The notes below the pieces were generated by a model, which had not been told where the DNA came from, made no database searches, and saw nothing but the letters and a program-made list of their open reading frames with translations. Positions 53,931 to 62,484 of a stretch of DNA of 64,000 bases are shown in pieces. Each line of letters starts with the position of its first letter. Positions within the stretch are counted from its first letter, which is position 1. This stretch comes from an uncultured Gammaproteobacteria bacterium (GTDB lineage Bacteria > Patescibacteriota > Microgenomatia > Levybacterales > UBA12049): positions 69,235-133,234 of the forward strand of contig CAYOZJ010000002.1 in assembly GCA_964408485.1 (NCBI GenBank). Direction: 5' to 3'. The position numbers were made by a program, and so were the translations under genes.

Positions 53931-54494
53931 ATGTCTAAGATTAAGCAGCAAAAACAGAAAAAAACATCTTTTTTTACCTCTCCCAGGTGGGCGTATGTTG
54001 GGTCATTTGTTTTATCTGTTGTCCTTATTTGGCTTGCGTTTCATTTTCGTACTCGACTCGAACACTTTAGGTCTTTAGGACTTTTGGGAATCTTTTTAAT
54101 TAACCTTTTTGCTTCGGCAACTATTTTTCTTCCTGCACCTGGTATTGCCAGTGTTGTTGCTGGGGGAGCATTGTACCCACCACTTCTTGTAGGGCTTGTC
54201 GCGGCACTAGGGGCGTCTTTCGGAGACATGCTGTCTTATTTTCTGGGAAGGGCAGGGACACATGTTGTCCTTAACCATACGCAGTATAAATTTTATGAAA
54301 AGTTTAAAAAGTTCTTTTCGCGCTTCGCAGGACCATTAATTTTCCTTTTTGCTTTTATTCCTAATCCTGTTTTTGATGCCATTGGTATTTTGGCAGGAGC
54401 AACAGAATACCCACCAATACGCTATTTCTTGATTATGTTTGGAGGAAGGTTTGCAAGAAATATACTCTTGGCATTGTTGGGGGCAAGACTTTAG
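53931..54494 (+). CDS. DedA/VTT-domain family membrane protein
   Basis: FLPAPGIASVVAGGALYPP...GASFGDMLSYFLGR typical of DedA/YqaA. Confidence 0.6.
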   Translation: MSKIKQQKQKKTSFFTSPRWAYVGSFVLSVVLIWLAFHFRTRLEHFRSLGLLGIFLINLFASATIFLPAPGIASVVAGGALYPPLLVGLVAALGASFGDMLSYFLGRAGTHVVLNHTQYKFYEKFKKFFSRFAGPLIFLFAFIPNPVFDAIGILAGATEYPPIRYFLIMFGGRFARNILLALLGARL

Positions 54495-54576
54495 CAGCAG
54501 TATGCGATATGAATAATGCAATAAAAATAAAATACACCGTAGGCCTACTGCTTAATTCATATTGCTTTTTGCACAA

Positions 54577-54858
54577 ATGAAAATAACGCATCTTCTTATT
54601 TTTGGCAAAGTTCATGGGGTAGGGTTTCGCAAATATATAAAACATAACGGGACCAAGCTTGGATTAAAAGGATGGGTTAGGAATCTTCCCGAAGGGACGG
54701 TAGAAGCAGAAGTATCGGGATCAGAAGAACAAGTTGGAAGGCTTATCTCCTTAGCAAAAAAAGGCCCATTCTTGGCAGAGGTAACTAATGTTGAAATTCA
54801 AGAACATGAAAAAGATTTTCCGTATGAAGAATTTCTTCTTAGGCACGATATTGACTAA
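54577..54858 (+). CDS. acylphosphatase
   Basis: FGKVHGVGFRKY, GLKGWVRNLPEGTVE. Confidence 0.8.
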   Translation: MKITHLLIFGKVHGVGFRKYIKHNGTKLGLKGWVRNLPEGTVEAEVSGSEEQVGRLISLAKKGPFLAEVTNVEIQEHEKDFPYEEFLLRHDID

Positions 54859-54895
54859 TTATTAGTTGATTAACGGGTTAATGTGTTAACGAGTT

Positions 54896-55285
54896 ATGAA
54901 AATAACCAAATTTGAAGACCTCGATGTTTGGAAATTAAGTTTAGAGATAACAAAGTTAATATACGATCTAACATCTAAGAAATTATTTTCTCAAGATTAC
55001 GGTTTAAAGGATCAAATAAGAAGGGCAATTGTATCTGTTAGTTCTAATATTGTTGAGGGGTTTGAAAAAAACAATAATAATGAATTTATTAGGTATCTTC
55101 TGATTGCGAAGGGATCTGTTGGGGAGGTAAGGAATCAATTGTATGTGGCTTTAACAGTACAATACATTTCTCGAGATGAGTTTGAACAAATTAATCCAAA
55201 GCTTTTTATATTAGCAGATCAAATTGGTAGGTTTGTTATTTATTTAAAGACGAAACGAAATAACAAAGAATTCCAAACCCGTTAA
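54896..55285 (+). CDS. four-helix-bundle protein (TIGR02436 / 23S rRNA IVS protein / Avd-like)
   Basis: FEDLDVWKLSLEITKLIY...SNIVEGF...LLIAKGSVGEVRNQL signature of the family. Start and stop codons lie inside flanking palindromic repeat arms. Confidence 0.8.
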   Translation: MKITKFEDLDVWKLSLEITKLIYDLTSKKLFSQDYGLKDQIRRAIVSVSSNIVEGFEKNNNNEFIRYLLIAKGSVGEVRNQLYVALTVQYISRDEFEQINPKLFILADQIGRFVIYLKTKRNNKEFQTR

Positions 55286-55304
55286 CCCGTGAACTCGTTA
55301 ATTA

Positions 55305-56459
55305 TCAAATCCTCTTAATAATCCTGGAGACAAAATACGCCCCTAGGATTGTTGCTATTGGGACTGAGAGCATAAGGCCAATACTTCCGGCAAGTGTACG
55401 CACAATTTCCTCCCCAAATTGCTGATTATTAATAATTACCCACAGTGGTAAATGGCTGGGGTTAAGAAGTAAGAAGATAAAAATAGGAAGAGAAGTGCCT
55501 GCATATGCCAGGACTAGTGTATTAATGAGTGAGGCAATATGCTCTTTGCCAATATTCATGCCATGCTCAATAAGGTGTAAAAATGATTGATCTTTATTTG
55601 CTTTAAAAAGGGCAAAAATGCTAGCAACTTGGGTGGTGGTAATGTCATTAAGTGCACCTAATGTACCAATAATAATGCCACCAAGGAGGATTCCTTGCGG
55701 GTTAATACTTATATTTGGTGCAATCTCCAGCAAATAACTGTCTTCTGTGCCAAGGCCTGTTAGGTGAGCAATATTTACAAATAAAACAGACAAGAAATAG
55801 GTTGCAATAAGCGCAAGAAAAGTAGATGCAACAGCAATGGTCGTTTGCTTGGAAAAGCCGTGGGCAAGAAATGTTGTGACAAATAAAATAACAAATGATC
55901 CAAGAAGAGAAGTGGTGAGAGGGTCTGCGTTGTGGAAAAGAATTTGCGGAACAATGTAGCCAATAATAACAAAAAGACTTACTCCAAGGCCAAGGAGTGC
56001 CCCAAGCCCCTTCTTACCGGCAATAAGAAAGATACAGAGAGCAAAGGCAATAAAAAGGCCAATAAGTTCTGGAATTCGGTAAACATCGGTAATAGTGTAG
56101 CGGGTTTGTCCATCAGGTCCGACATTTTTATCTACAACAACTGTTTGACCGTCGTGATATTTAACAAACGCAGCAAGTCTTGCATCAGAGCCTTGATCGA
56201 GAGTAATCTCTTTACCGTTGTCAGCTCCATCTAAAATTTTCAGTCGCAATGTTTGGGTAATAGTTGTGTATCCGCCATCGGTAATAAGCGTAGATTCTTT
56301 TAAAACGCGCTCAACAACTGCTTTTTCATAAATTTCCTTATTGGTCATTGCTTGTCCCGAAGAAGGTGGGGTTTGGGCAAGTGCTTTAGGTGCAGCATAT
56401 GGCAAATAGCATATGGCACATAGGAGGAAACCAAAAAGAAAAGAGAAGACTTGTTTCAT
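55305..56459 (-). CDS. YibE/F family membrane protein
   Basis: Signal/TM N-terminus, then many TM helices. LVLAYAGTSLPIFIFLLLN typical of YibE/F. Confidence 0.6.
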   Translation of the reverse strand: MKQVFSFLFGFLLCAICYLPYAAPKALAQTPPSSGQAMTNKEIYEKAVVERVLKESTLITDGGYTTITQTLRLKILDGADNGKEITLDQGSDARLAAFVKYHDGQTVVVDKNVGPDGQTRYTITDVYRIPELIGLFIAFALCIFLIAGKKGLGALLGLGVSLFVIIGYIVPQILFHNADPLTTSLLGSFVILFVTTFLAHGFSKQTTIAVASTFLALIATYFLSVLFVNIAHLTGLGTEDSYLLEIAPNISINPQGILLGGIIIGTLGALNDITTTQVASIFALFKANKDQSFLHLIEHGMNIGKEHIASLINTLVLAYAGTSLPIFIFLLLNPSHLPLWVIINNQQFGEEIVRTLAGSIGLMLSVPIATILGAYFVSRIIKRI

Positions 56460-56533
56460 GAGTTAGAGTATAGCAAATGAAGATGAACAAACCCAATCCT
56501 TGACGCCCAGAGAATATATACTATAATACCTTT

Positions 56534-57103
56534 ATGTCAGAAAATGAAGCACTACTTTTAGTAAATAAAGGCAAAGTGACTCGAGCAAACCGCGTAAGAA
56601 GCAGAATCAGAGGAATTATCGAAGGAGCAGATGAGGTTTTAGAAGTAGATTCTCGTAATAATCCAACCCACGAGCTTGAAGGAGTACTATTTGCTAGGTC
56701 TTTAAGACTACCTGGCGCAACAACAAAAGAGGTTCAGAGAGTAGCAGGACCATGGTTAAAAAGATTGGCAGCAATGCGAAACGTAGCAGGACAACTATAT
56801 GCAGGTGAGTCTGTTTTGCTAAAGACAGCAGAAGAAGGAGATTATCAGGTAGCGGGAGGAGTGTCCAAGGGCGAGTTATTAGCAACAAATTCTCATCTCT
56901 TAATTAGAGAGCTTGATACAAATGAAGAGCTGAGGATTTCACAAAGAAGAGGATGGGAAGGTGGTCTATTTTGGGGACCTGTGACAAAAACGACATTTGA
57001 AGCGGGTGGTAGAAAATATACAGTTAGATCTCAGAGAGATGGAGCTGAGCAAGTGGTCGTTGGTTTTAAATCATCAAAAAAAGGAAAATCAAGAACTTCA
57101 TAA
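56534..57103 (+). CDS. hypothetical protein (dispersed small-protein family candidate)
   Basis: 189 aa. C-terminal GRKYTVRSQRDGAEQVVVGF closely resembles GRRPVILRSPRDGSVTVV of the 41329 ORF. Confidence 0.4.
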   Translation: MSENEALLLVNKGKVTRANRVRSRIRGIIEGADEVLEVDSRNNPTHELEGVLFARSLRLPGATTKEVQRVAGPWLKRLAAMRNVAGQLYAGESVLLKTAEEGDYQVAGGVSKGELLATNSHLLIRELDTNEELRISQRRGWEGGLFWGPVTKTTFEAGGRKYTVRSQRDGAEQVVVGFKSSKKGKSRTS

Positions 57104-57222
57104 CTCCTCTTGGTCCTTTCGACAAACTCCGGGTCAATGCAGAGTAAAAATTACAGTCTTGACAAATGCAACTGAGTTGCATATACTAACAATGTTTGAT
57201 CTTGTATAACTAAGGCAATACA

Positions 57223-57687
57223 TTGATTACATTTGAGAATCTGTCTGCAGCAGGTTTTCAAAATAACTTTATGAATATGCAACACGATTGTTCTATTGAA
57301 TTAAGAGAAGCAGATTTGGCAGCAACACCTGCCAGGATTGCAGCGCTACGATTGTTTGAATCGCATGAATCACCACTAGACGCTGTTCATCTTATCGATC
57401 ATTTGCAAAAAGAATTGGGAATAGACAGAGTAACTGTTTTTCGCATACTTAATGCATTTGTAGAAAAAGGACTTATTACAAAACTAGAATTCGGGGAAGG
57501 GAAGGCACGGTACGAATTAGCAAAGGAAGATCACCATCATATTATTTGTGAAAATTGTGGAGCTGTGGAAGATGTTGCAGATACTGTTTTGCCAGCTTTG
57601 GAGAAACAAATTAGTAAGAAAACAGGGTTTTTAGTAAAACGCCACTCACTTGAATTCTTTGGATTATGTAAAAATTGTCAAGCGTAA
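57223..57687 (+). CDS. Fur family transcriptional regulator (Zur-like)
   Basis: HHHIICENCGAVEDV...CKNCQ metal-binding motifs. Precedes the znuACB-type genes. Confidence 0.8.
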   Translation: MITFENLSAAGFQNNFMNMQHDCSIELREADLAATPARIAALRLFESHESPLDAVHLIDHLQKELGIDRVTVFRILNAFVEKGLITKLEFGEGKARYELAKEDHHHIICENCGAVEDVADTVLPALEKQISKKTGFLVKRHSLEFFGLCKNCQA

Positions 57688-57817
57688 GTGTCATCCTGAG
57701 CAAGCTAGAGGATATATTCTTTCCCGACTCGGGACTAGGTTCGCAGAACCGTTGCACACGTTCAGAATGACAATAGGACTGGATCCCGGATCGGAGTCCG
57801 GGATGACAAATTAATAT

Positions 57818-58732
57818 ATGAAAAAAATATTTATCATTATTTTACTTATTATCCTAGGAGTAGGGGGATTTATTGTTCTAAACAATACACAAAAAGTTAC
57901 GCAAAATTCTAATAAGCTCCAGATTGCCGCATCTTTCTATCCAATGTACTTTTTTGCTTCCCAAATTGCAGGAGATAAGGCGGATGTTTTTAACATTACT
58001 CCCGCATCTGCTGAACCCCATGATTACGAGCCAACCACACAGGATGTTGCAAAAATAACAACAAGCAAGATGCTTATCCTCAATGGTGGCCAGCTCGAAC
58101 CGTGGGGAGACAAAATACAAGATCAATTGAAAGGATCGGACGTTTTGATCGTTACGGCAGGTCAGGGTCTTGCAGATAAGACACTTAATGAGGATGGGAA
58201 GACAATTCAGGATCCACATATTTGGCAAAATCCAGAACTTGCCAAACAACAAGCAGCTGTTATTGAAAAGGGTTTTGAGAAAATTGACTCTAAGAATTCC
58301 AACTATTATAGTGAGAACTTGAAAAAACTAGAAGATGAGCTAGATCAATTAGACAAAGAGTATAAAAATGGTTTAGCAAGCTGCACATTAAAAGATTTTG
58401 TCACTTCTCATGCGGCATTTGGCTATATGGCAGCACAATATGGTATTAACCAAGTAGCAATTAGTGGCGTAAGTCCTGATGAAGAACCATCTTCTCAGAA
58501 GCTTGCAGAGGTAGCAGACTTGGTGAAAAAAGAGCATATTGGTGTGGTCTTTTTTGAAAGTTTGGTCAGTCCAAAATTATCAGAAACAATTGCCCAGGAA
58601 ACAGGAGCAAAGGCTTTAGTGCTTGACCCACTTGAAGGAATTCCACAGGAGGAGGCCCAGAAAGGCGCTAATTATTTTTCTATCATGAGACAAAATTTAG
58701 CTAATCTTCGTACCGCTTTGCAATGTAAGTAG
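57818..58732 (+). CDS. metal (zinc) ABC transporter substrate-binding protein, ZnuA/TroA family
   Basis: Signal peptide. Cluster 9 SBP homology (QIAASFYPMYFFASQIAGDKADV, DPHIWQNP). Confidence 0.8.
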   Translation: MKKIFIIILLIILGVGGFIVLNNTQKVTQNSNKLQIAASFYPMYFFASQIAGDKADVFNITPASAEPHDYEPTTQDVAKITTSKMLILNGGQLEPWGDKIQDQLKGSDVLIVTAGQGLADKTLNEDGKTIQDPHIWQNPELAKQQAAVIEKGFEKIDSKNSNYYSENLKKLEDELDQLDKEYKNGLASCTLKDFVTSHAAFGYMAAQYGINQVAISGVSPDEEPSSQKLAEVADLVKKEHIGVVFFESLVSPKLSETIAQETGAKALVLDPLEGIPQEEAQKGANYFSIMRQNLANLRTALQCK

Positions 58733-58890
58733 GCTTTGTCCTTCGGACACCGGGAAAGCCTGCCGCAAAAGTATTGGCCACCGCCAATATTATTAATAAT
58801 TGCCTGTCGGCATTGCGGTAATTTTTGAGCAAAGCGAGAAGTTCTCACTTTCGTTCGGACAATAGAACCAATATACTAAAGTTAATCCTT

Positions 58891-59637
58891 ATGCATAACG
58901 AAAATATCATTGAGTTAAAAAATGTTTCTTTTTCGTATGGGGAAGAGGCAGTAATAGATAACATTAATTTGTCTGTCCATAAAGGTGATTACTTGGGCAT
59001 TATTGGGCCAAATGGAGGAGGGAAATCAACGCTTCTGCGTCTTATGCTTGGACTTTTAAAGCCAACTCATGGAGAGGTTTTGCTGTATGGGAAAAAGATT
59101 ACGGAATTTAAAGATTGGTCAAAGATAGGCTATGTCAGCCAACATGTAACGCATATTGATCCACATTTCCCTATGACAGTTGAAGAAGTGGTAAGTATGG
59201 GAAGGTATCCAAAAGTAGGGCTTTTTAGAATGCTCTCTCAAAAAGACAAAGATATTGTTAAAGAAGCAATTTGTCAGGTAGAAATGCTGCCATTTCGTAA
59301 CCGTCTGGTAGGAGACCTATCTGGTGGACAACAGCAACGAGTTTTTATTGCCAGAGCGCTGTCTGGTCAACCAGAAGTAATTCTTCTTGATGAACCAACG
59401 GTTGGTGTTGATGAAAAAACCCAAAAGCAATTTTATTCACTTCTTCAAAAATTGAATGTGGAGCTTAATTTAACTCTTATCTTAGTGTCTCACGAATTGG
59501 ATATTGTTGCTCATGAGGCAACAGAGATTGCATATATTAACCGCGAACTTGTCTATCATGGAATTCCTAAGAAATTTCTTCATAGTGAATATTTTGAAAA
59601 ACTAACAGGGAAGGGAGAACACGAGCATAGCTCGTGA
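58891..59637 (+). CDS. metal ABC transporter ATP-binding protein (ZnuC-like)
   Basis: Walker A GPNGGGKST, signature LSGGQQQRV, Walker B ILLDEP. The track ORF starts 58825 inside a repeat, so ATG 58891 is preferred. Confidence 0.85.
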   Translation: MHNENIIELKNVSFSYGEEAVIDNINLSVHKGDYLGIIGPNGGGKSTLLRLMLGLLKPTHGEVLLYGKKITEFKDWSKIGYVSQHVTHIDPHFPMTVEEVVSMGRYPKVGLFRMLSQKDKDIVKEAICQVEMLPFRNRLVGDLSGGQQQRVFIARALSGQPEVILLDEPTVGVDEKTQKQFYSLLQKLNVELNLTLILVSHELDIVAHEATEIAYINRELVYHGIPKKFLHSEYFEKLTGKGEHEHSS

Positions 59638-59735
59638 GAAGCAAGAATCATGAATTAAGAATTATGCAGAGGGTTTATTAAAAATAAAGTACCTTATATC
59701 CATAATTCATACTTCTTGATTCATAATTCATATTT

Positions 59736-60533
59736 ATGCTAGATATATTTCAATACTCATTCATGATAAGAGCTTTAGAGGTGGGACTCCTTATTGGTGC
59801 GATCGCACCGCTTATTGGTATTTTCTTAGTGCTTCGGAGATATTCACTTATTGCCGATACATTGTCTCATGTCTCTTTAGCAGGTGTTGCTGTAGGCTTA
59901 CTTATAAATGTTAATCCACTCCTTACTGCAATTGGTGCAGCAGCTATTTCGTCGGTCATTATCGAGCGTCTTAGGCTTTCTAAAAGGGTATATGGTGAGT
60001 CTGCCTTGTCTATTTTCCTTTCAGGAAGTCTTGCAGTTGCAATTATTCTTATTAGTCTTGCACATGGATTTCGTGTTGATTTGTTTAACTATCTTTTTGG
60101 AAGTATTGTTACGGTTAAGCAATCTGATGTGTATATTATTCTGGGTGCTGGAATAATTGTTTTTTTAACTATTCTTGCTTTCTATAAAGAGCTTGTCTAT
60201 GTAACATTCGATGAAGAGGCAGCGCAAGTTGGGGGAATTCCAACGAGATTTATTAATATTCTCCTTATTATTCTAGCTGCAATTACTGTAGCGCTTTCTA
60301 TTCCTATTGTTGGTGTCCTTCTTATATCAGCTCTTATTGTTATTCCTGTCGTGACAAGTCTTCAGCTTCAAAAAAGCTTCTTGCAGACTATTTTGTATGC
60401 GGAAGGGATTTCTCTTTTCTCCGTTATTGCAGGTATTATCGGGTCATTTTACTTAAATATTCCAGCAGGTGGAGCCATTGTGGTGATTAATTTAGTTTTG
60501 TTCTGTTTGTCTTTATTGATAAAACAAAAGTAA
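59736..60533 (+). CDS. metal ABC transporter permease (ZnuB-like)
   Basis: Polytopic. Typical ABC-3 family layout. Confidence 0.8.
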   Translation: MLDIFQYSFMIRALEVGLLIGAIAPLIGIFLVLRRYSLIADTLSHVSLAGVAVGLLINVNPLLTAIGAAAISSVIIERLRLSKRVYGESALSIFLSGSLAVAIILISLAHGFRVDLFNYLFGSIVTVKQSDVYIILGAGIIVFLTILAFYKELVYVTFDEEAAQVGGIPTRFINILLIILAAITVALSIPIVGVLLISALIVIPVVTSLQLQKSFLQTILYAEGISLFSVIAGIIGSFYLNIPAGGAIVVINLVLFCLSLLIKQK

Positions 60534-60574
60534 GAGTAGTTTGTCTGGGAAGTGAGTAGGAGTATACCTACTCT

Positions 60575-60814
60575 TTACCTTTCTGTGCTTCCGCCAGAAC
60601 GAATTGCTCTTATGAGGGTTCCTCCGAGGTCTCTTTTGGTAGCTTCATCTGCTACGGCAAATATTGTCCTAAGACCAACCTCTCTTGCGTAAAATTTGAG
60701 CCCATCCTGAAGTAATTCTCTCATTTCTTGAACTGCCTCTCTGCGTACCCGTTCATTTTTTGCAATACGTCGTTGATTCCAAGATATAGCTGCATCAACA
60801 GGTTTAATTCTCAT
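60575..60814 (-). CDS. hypothetical small basic protein
   Basis: 79 aa, Arg-rich, no domain recognised. Confidence 0.3.
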   Translation of the reverse strand: MRIKPVDAAISWNQRRIAKNERVRREAVQEMRELLQDGLKFYAREVGLRTIFAVADEATKRDLGGTLIRAIRSGGSTER

Positions 60815-60911
60815 ATAGCAATACTATATCACGTTTAAAATAAACCGCTTGACTGAATCCTGACAATTATTATAGGTTGACATTTTTAATAGAACGCTGT
60901 ATTATCCCTTC

Positions 60912-61448
60912 ATGGTATTTGGAAGAGCAGCAGAAAGAGTAGAAGCCATTGATAGGATGGTTGGTCGTCTTAACGCAGCGTTTCTTTCTTCTCGCACGCG
61001 AAAACCTTCAGAATCTTCTGCAAAAGGATTACCATCTATTCCTTCCAAGCAATTAGCTATTATCGAGCAAGGGTTACGAAGAGTGGCAAAGAAGAGACCT
61101 TTGTTACCTAGACCTCGCTTTTTTCCTCAAGTTGAAAACACAGAAACCACATTAGCAAGACCAGGCAATGTTGCCGCAGATGTCTATACAGAGACGCAAG
61201 GTTTGGGTGTAGTAGGGGGAGCGGTAAAAGTAGATGCTACTTTGAGACCTCATACTTTTGCTGCATCAATTCCAGGCGTTCCGTATGAAGTAAAAGCTAC
61301 CTATAAAGCGCATGGTCCTCATGACATATTTAGACCCGGTCAAAGCGCAGAACTTGACGTAACGTATTTTGAGTACGATGGGATAGGGCCTGACGGGCGA
61401 ATAAAAGTTAAAGCTGTTGCACATTCCAATAAACCACTTCATCCATAA
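60912..61448 (+). CDS. hypothetical protein
   Basis: 178 aa, Arg/Pro/Gly-rich, no domain recognised. Confidence 0.4.
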   Translation: MVFGRAAERVEAIDRMVGRLNAAFLSSRTRKPSESSAKGLPSIPSKQLAIIEQGLRRVAKKRPLLPRPRFFPQVENTETTLARPGNVAADVYTETQGLGVVGGAVKVDATLRPHTFAASIPGVPYEVKATYKAHGPHDIFRPGQSAELDVTYFEYDGIGPDGRIKVKAVAHSNKPLHP

Positions 61449-61526
61449 GATCTAATCCAACGCTCCAGAAGTAGTTGTTCCACATGAAGAGATTCTTTAA
61501 AGTAGAGAAGATTTTTTGATTTAACC

Positions 61527-62327
61527 TTATTTTGCTAGTGCGGCATCGATTGCGGCTTTGAATTGTGCGTAAGGTACTGCACCGGAGATAAGAACACCGT
61601 TAACAAATGTTGCTGGTGTTCCATTAACACCTGCTTTTTGTCCGTCATTATAATCCGCAGTTGCTTTACTGTCTTCTTTTTTAGTATCTAGACAGGTCTT
61701 GAAGTCATCACCATTCATACCCAGGCTGACAGCTGTTTTCGTAAGATTATCGGTAGTGTACATGGATGTATCAGACTCATCTGGTTGATTCTTGTATAGC
61801 CAGTCATGATAATCCCAGAATTTTCCTTGATCATTTGCGCATTCTGCTGCATCTGCTGCAACATTACTTGCTGGTCCAAGGAAGGGGAATTGTCTAAATG
61901 CAAACTTTACTTTGCCCGTATCCACATAGTCTTTAATCAACTGAGGCTCAACTTTTGTAAAGAATTGTTCACAGTATGGGCATCTAAAATCTGCAAATTC
62001 TATAATAGTTACTTTTGCATCTTTATTTCCTAAGACTGGAAAATGACCAACAGATACATCAACTGGAGCTCCTTGTGCAGCAGCGGGAGCTGTACCTGCA
62101 TCTTGTGTTCCGGCTGTTTGAGCGGGTGCATATGCGCTACCACTAACCCAGAAAACTTTTGTTAATAATGATCCTAGAAGAAAGGACGCAACAAGAAGAA
62201 GAGCCATAAGGACTGGTGTCCAAGACGAGGGAAGTGGAACTCTAGATGGAATTGTAAAAGAGACTGTTCGTTTTTTAGATTCTGCTGGAGTGGATTCTGT
62301 ATGCTCTGAGGTTTTTCGTGTTGGCAT
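61527..62327 (-). CDS. DsbA-family thiol:disulfide oxidoreductase, membrane-anchored
   Basis: N-terminal TM, CPYC active site in FADFRCPYCEQFF. Confidence 0.8.
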   Translation of the reverse strand: MPTRKTSEHTESTPAESKKRTVSFTIPSRVPLPSSWTPVLMALLLVASFLLGSLLTKVFWVSGSAYAPAQTAGTQDAGTAPAAAQGAPVDVSVGHFPVLGNKDAKVTIIEFADFRCPYCEQFFTKVEPQLIKDYVDTGKVKFAFRQFPFLGPASNVAADAAECANDQGKFWDYHDWLYKNQPDESDTSMYTTDNLTKTAVSLGMNGDDFKTCLDTKKEDSKATADYNDGQKAGVNGTPATFVNGVLISGAVPYAQFKAAIDAALAK

Positions 62328-62484
62328 AATAAAGAGTATACCGAGTTCTTAACAAATATGTCAAGAAACAAAAGCATATTTCTATTGCTAAATTACTATA
62401 TTGCTAAATTGTTATTAACAATATAAGAATTTGTTAATTTAACAATTTCGTTTTACTCAATGTGACAGTTGTTTGTAATACTAC

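Noticed and set aside
58825-58890. Upstream extension of the ZnuC-like ORF.
   Set aside because: The region consists of repeat modules (GAGCAAAGCGAGAAGTTCTCACTTTCGTTCGG), and the conserved ABC N-terminus (IIELKNVSFSYG) starts right after ATG 58891.
60575-60814. Possible ribosomal protein S21 (small, basic, minus strand).
   Set aside because: The sequence does not match the S21 consensus as I recall it, so it is kept as a hypothetical.
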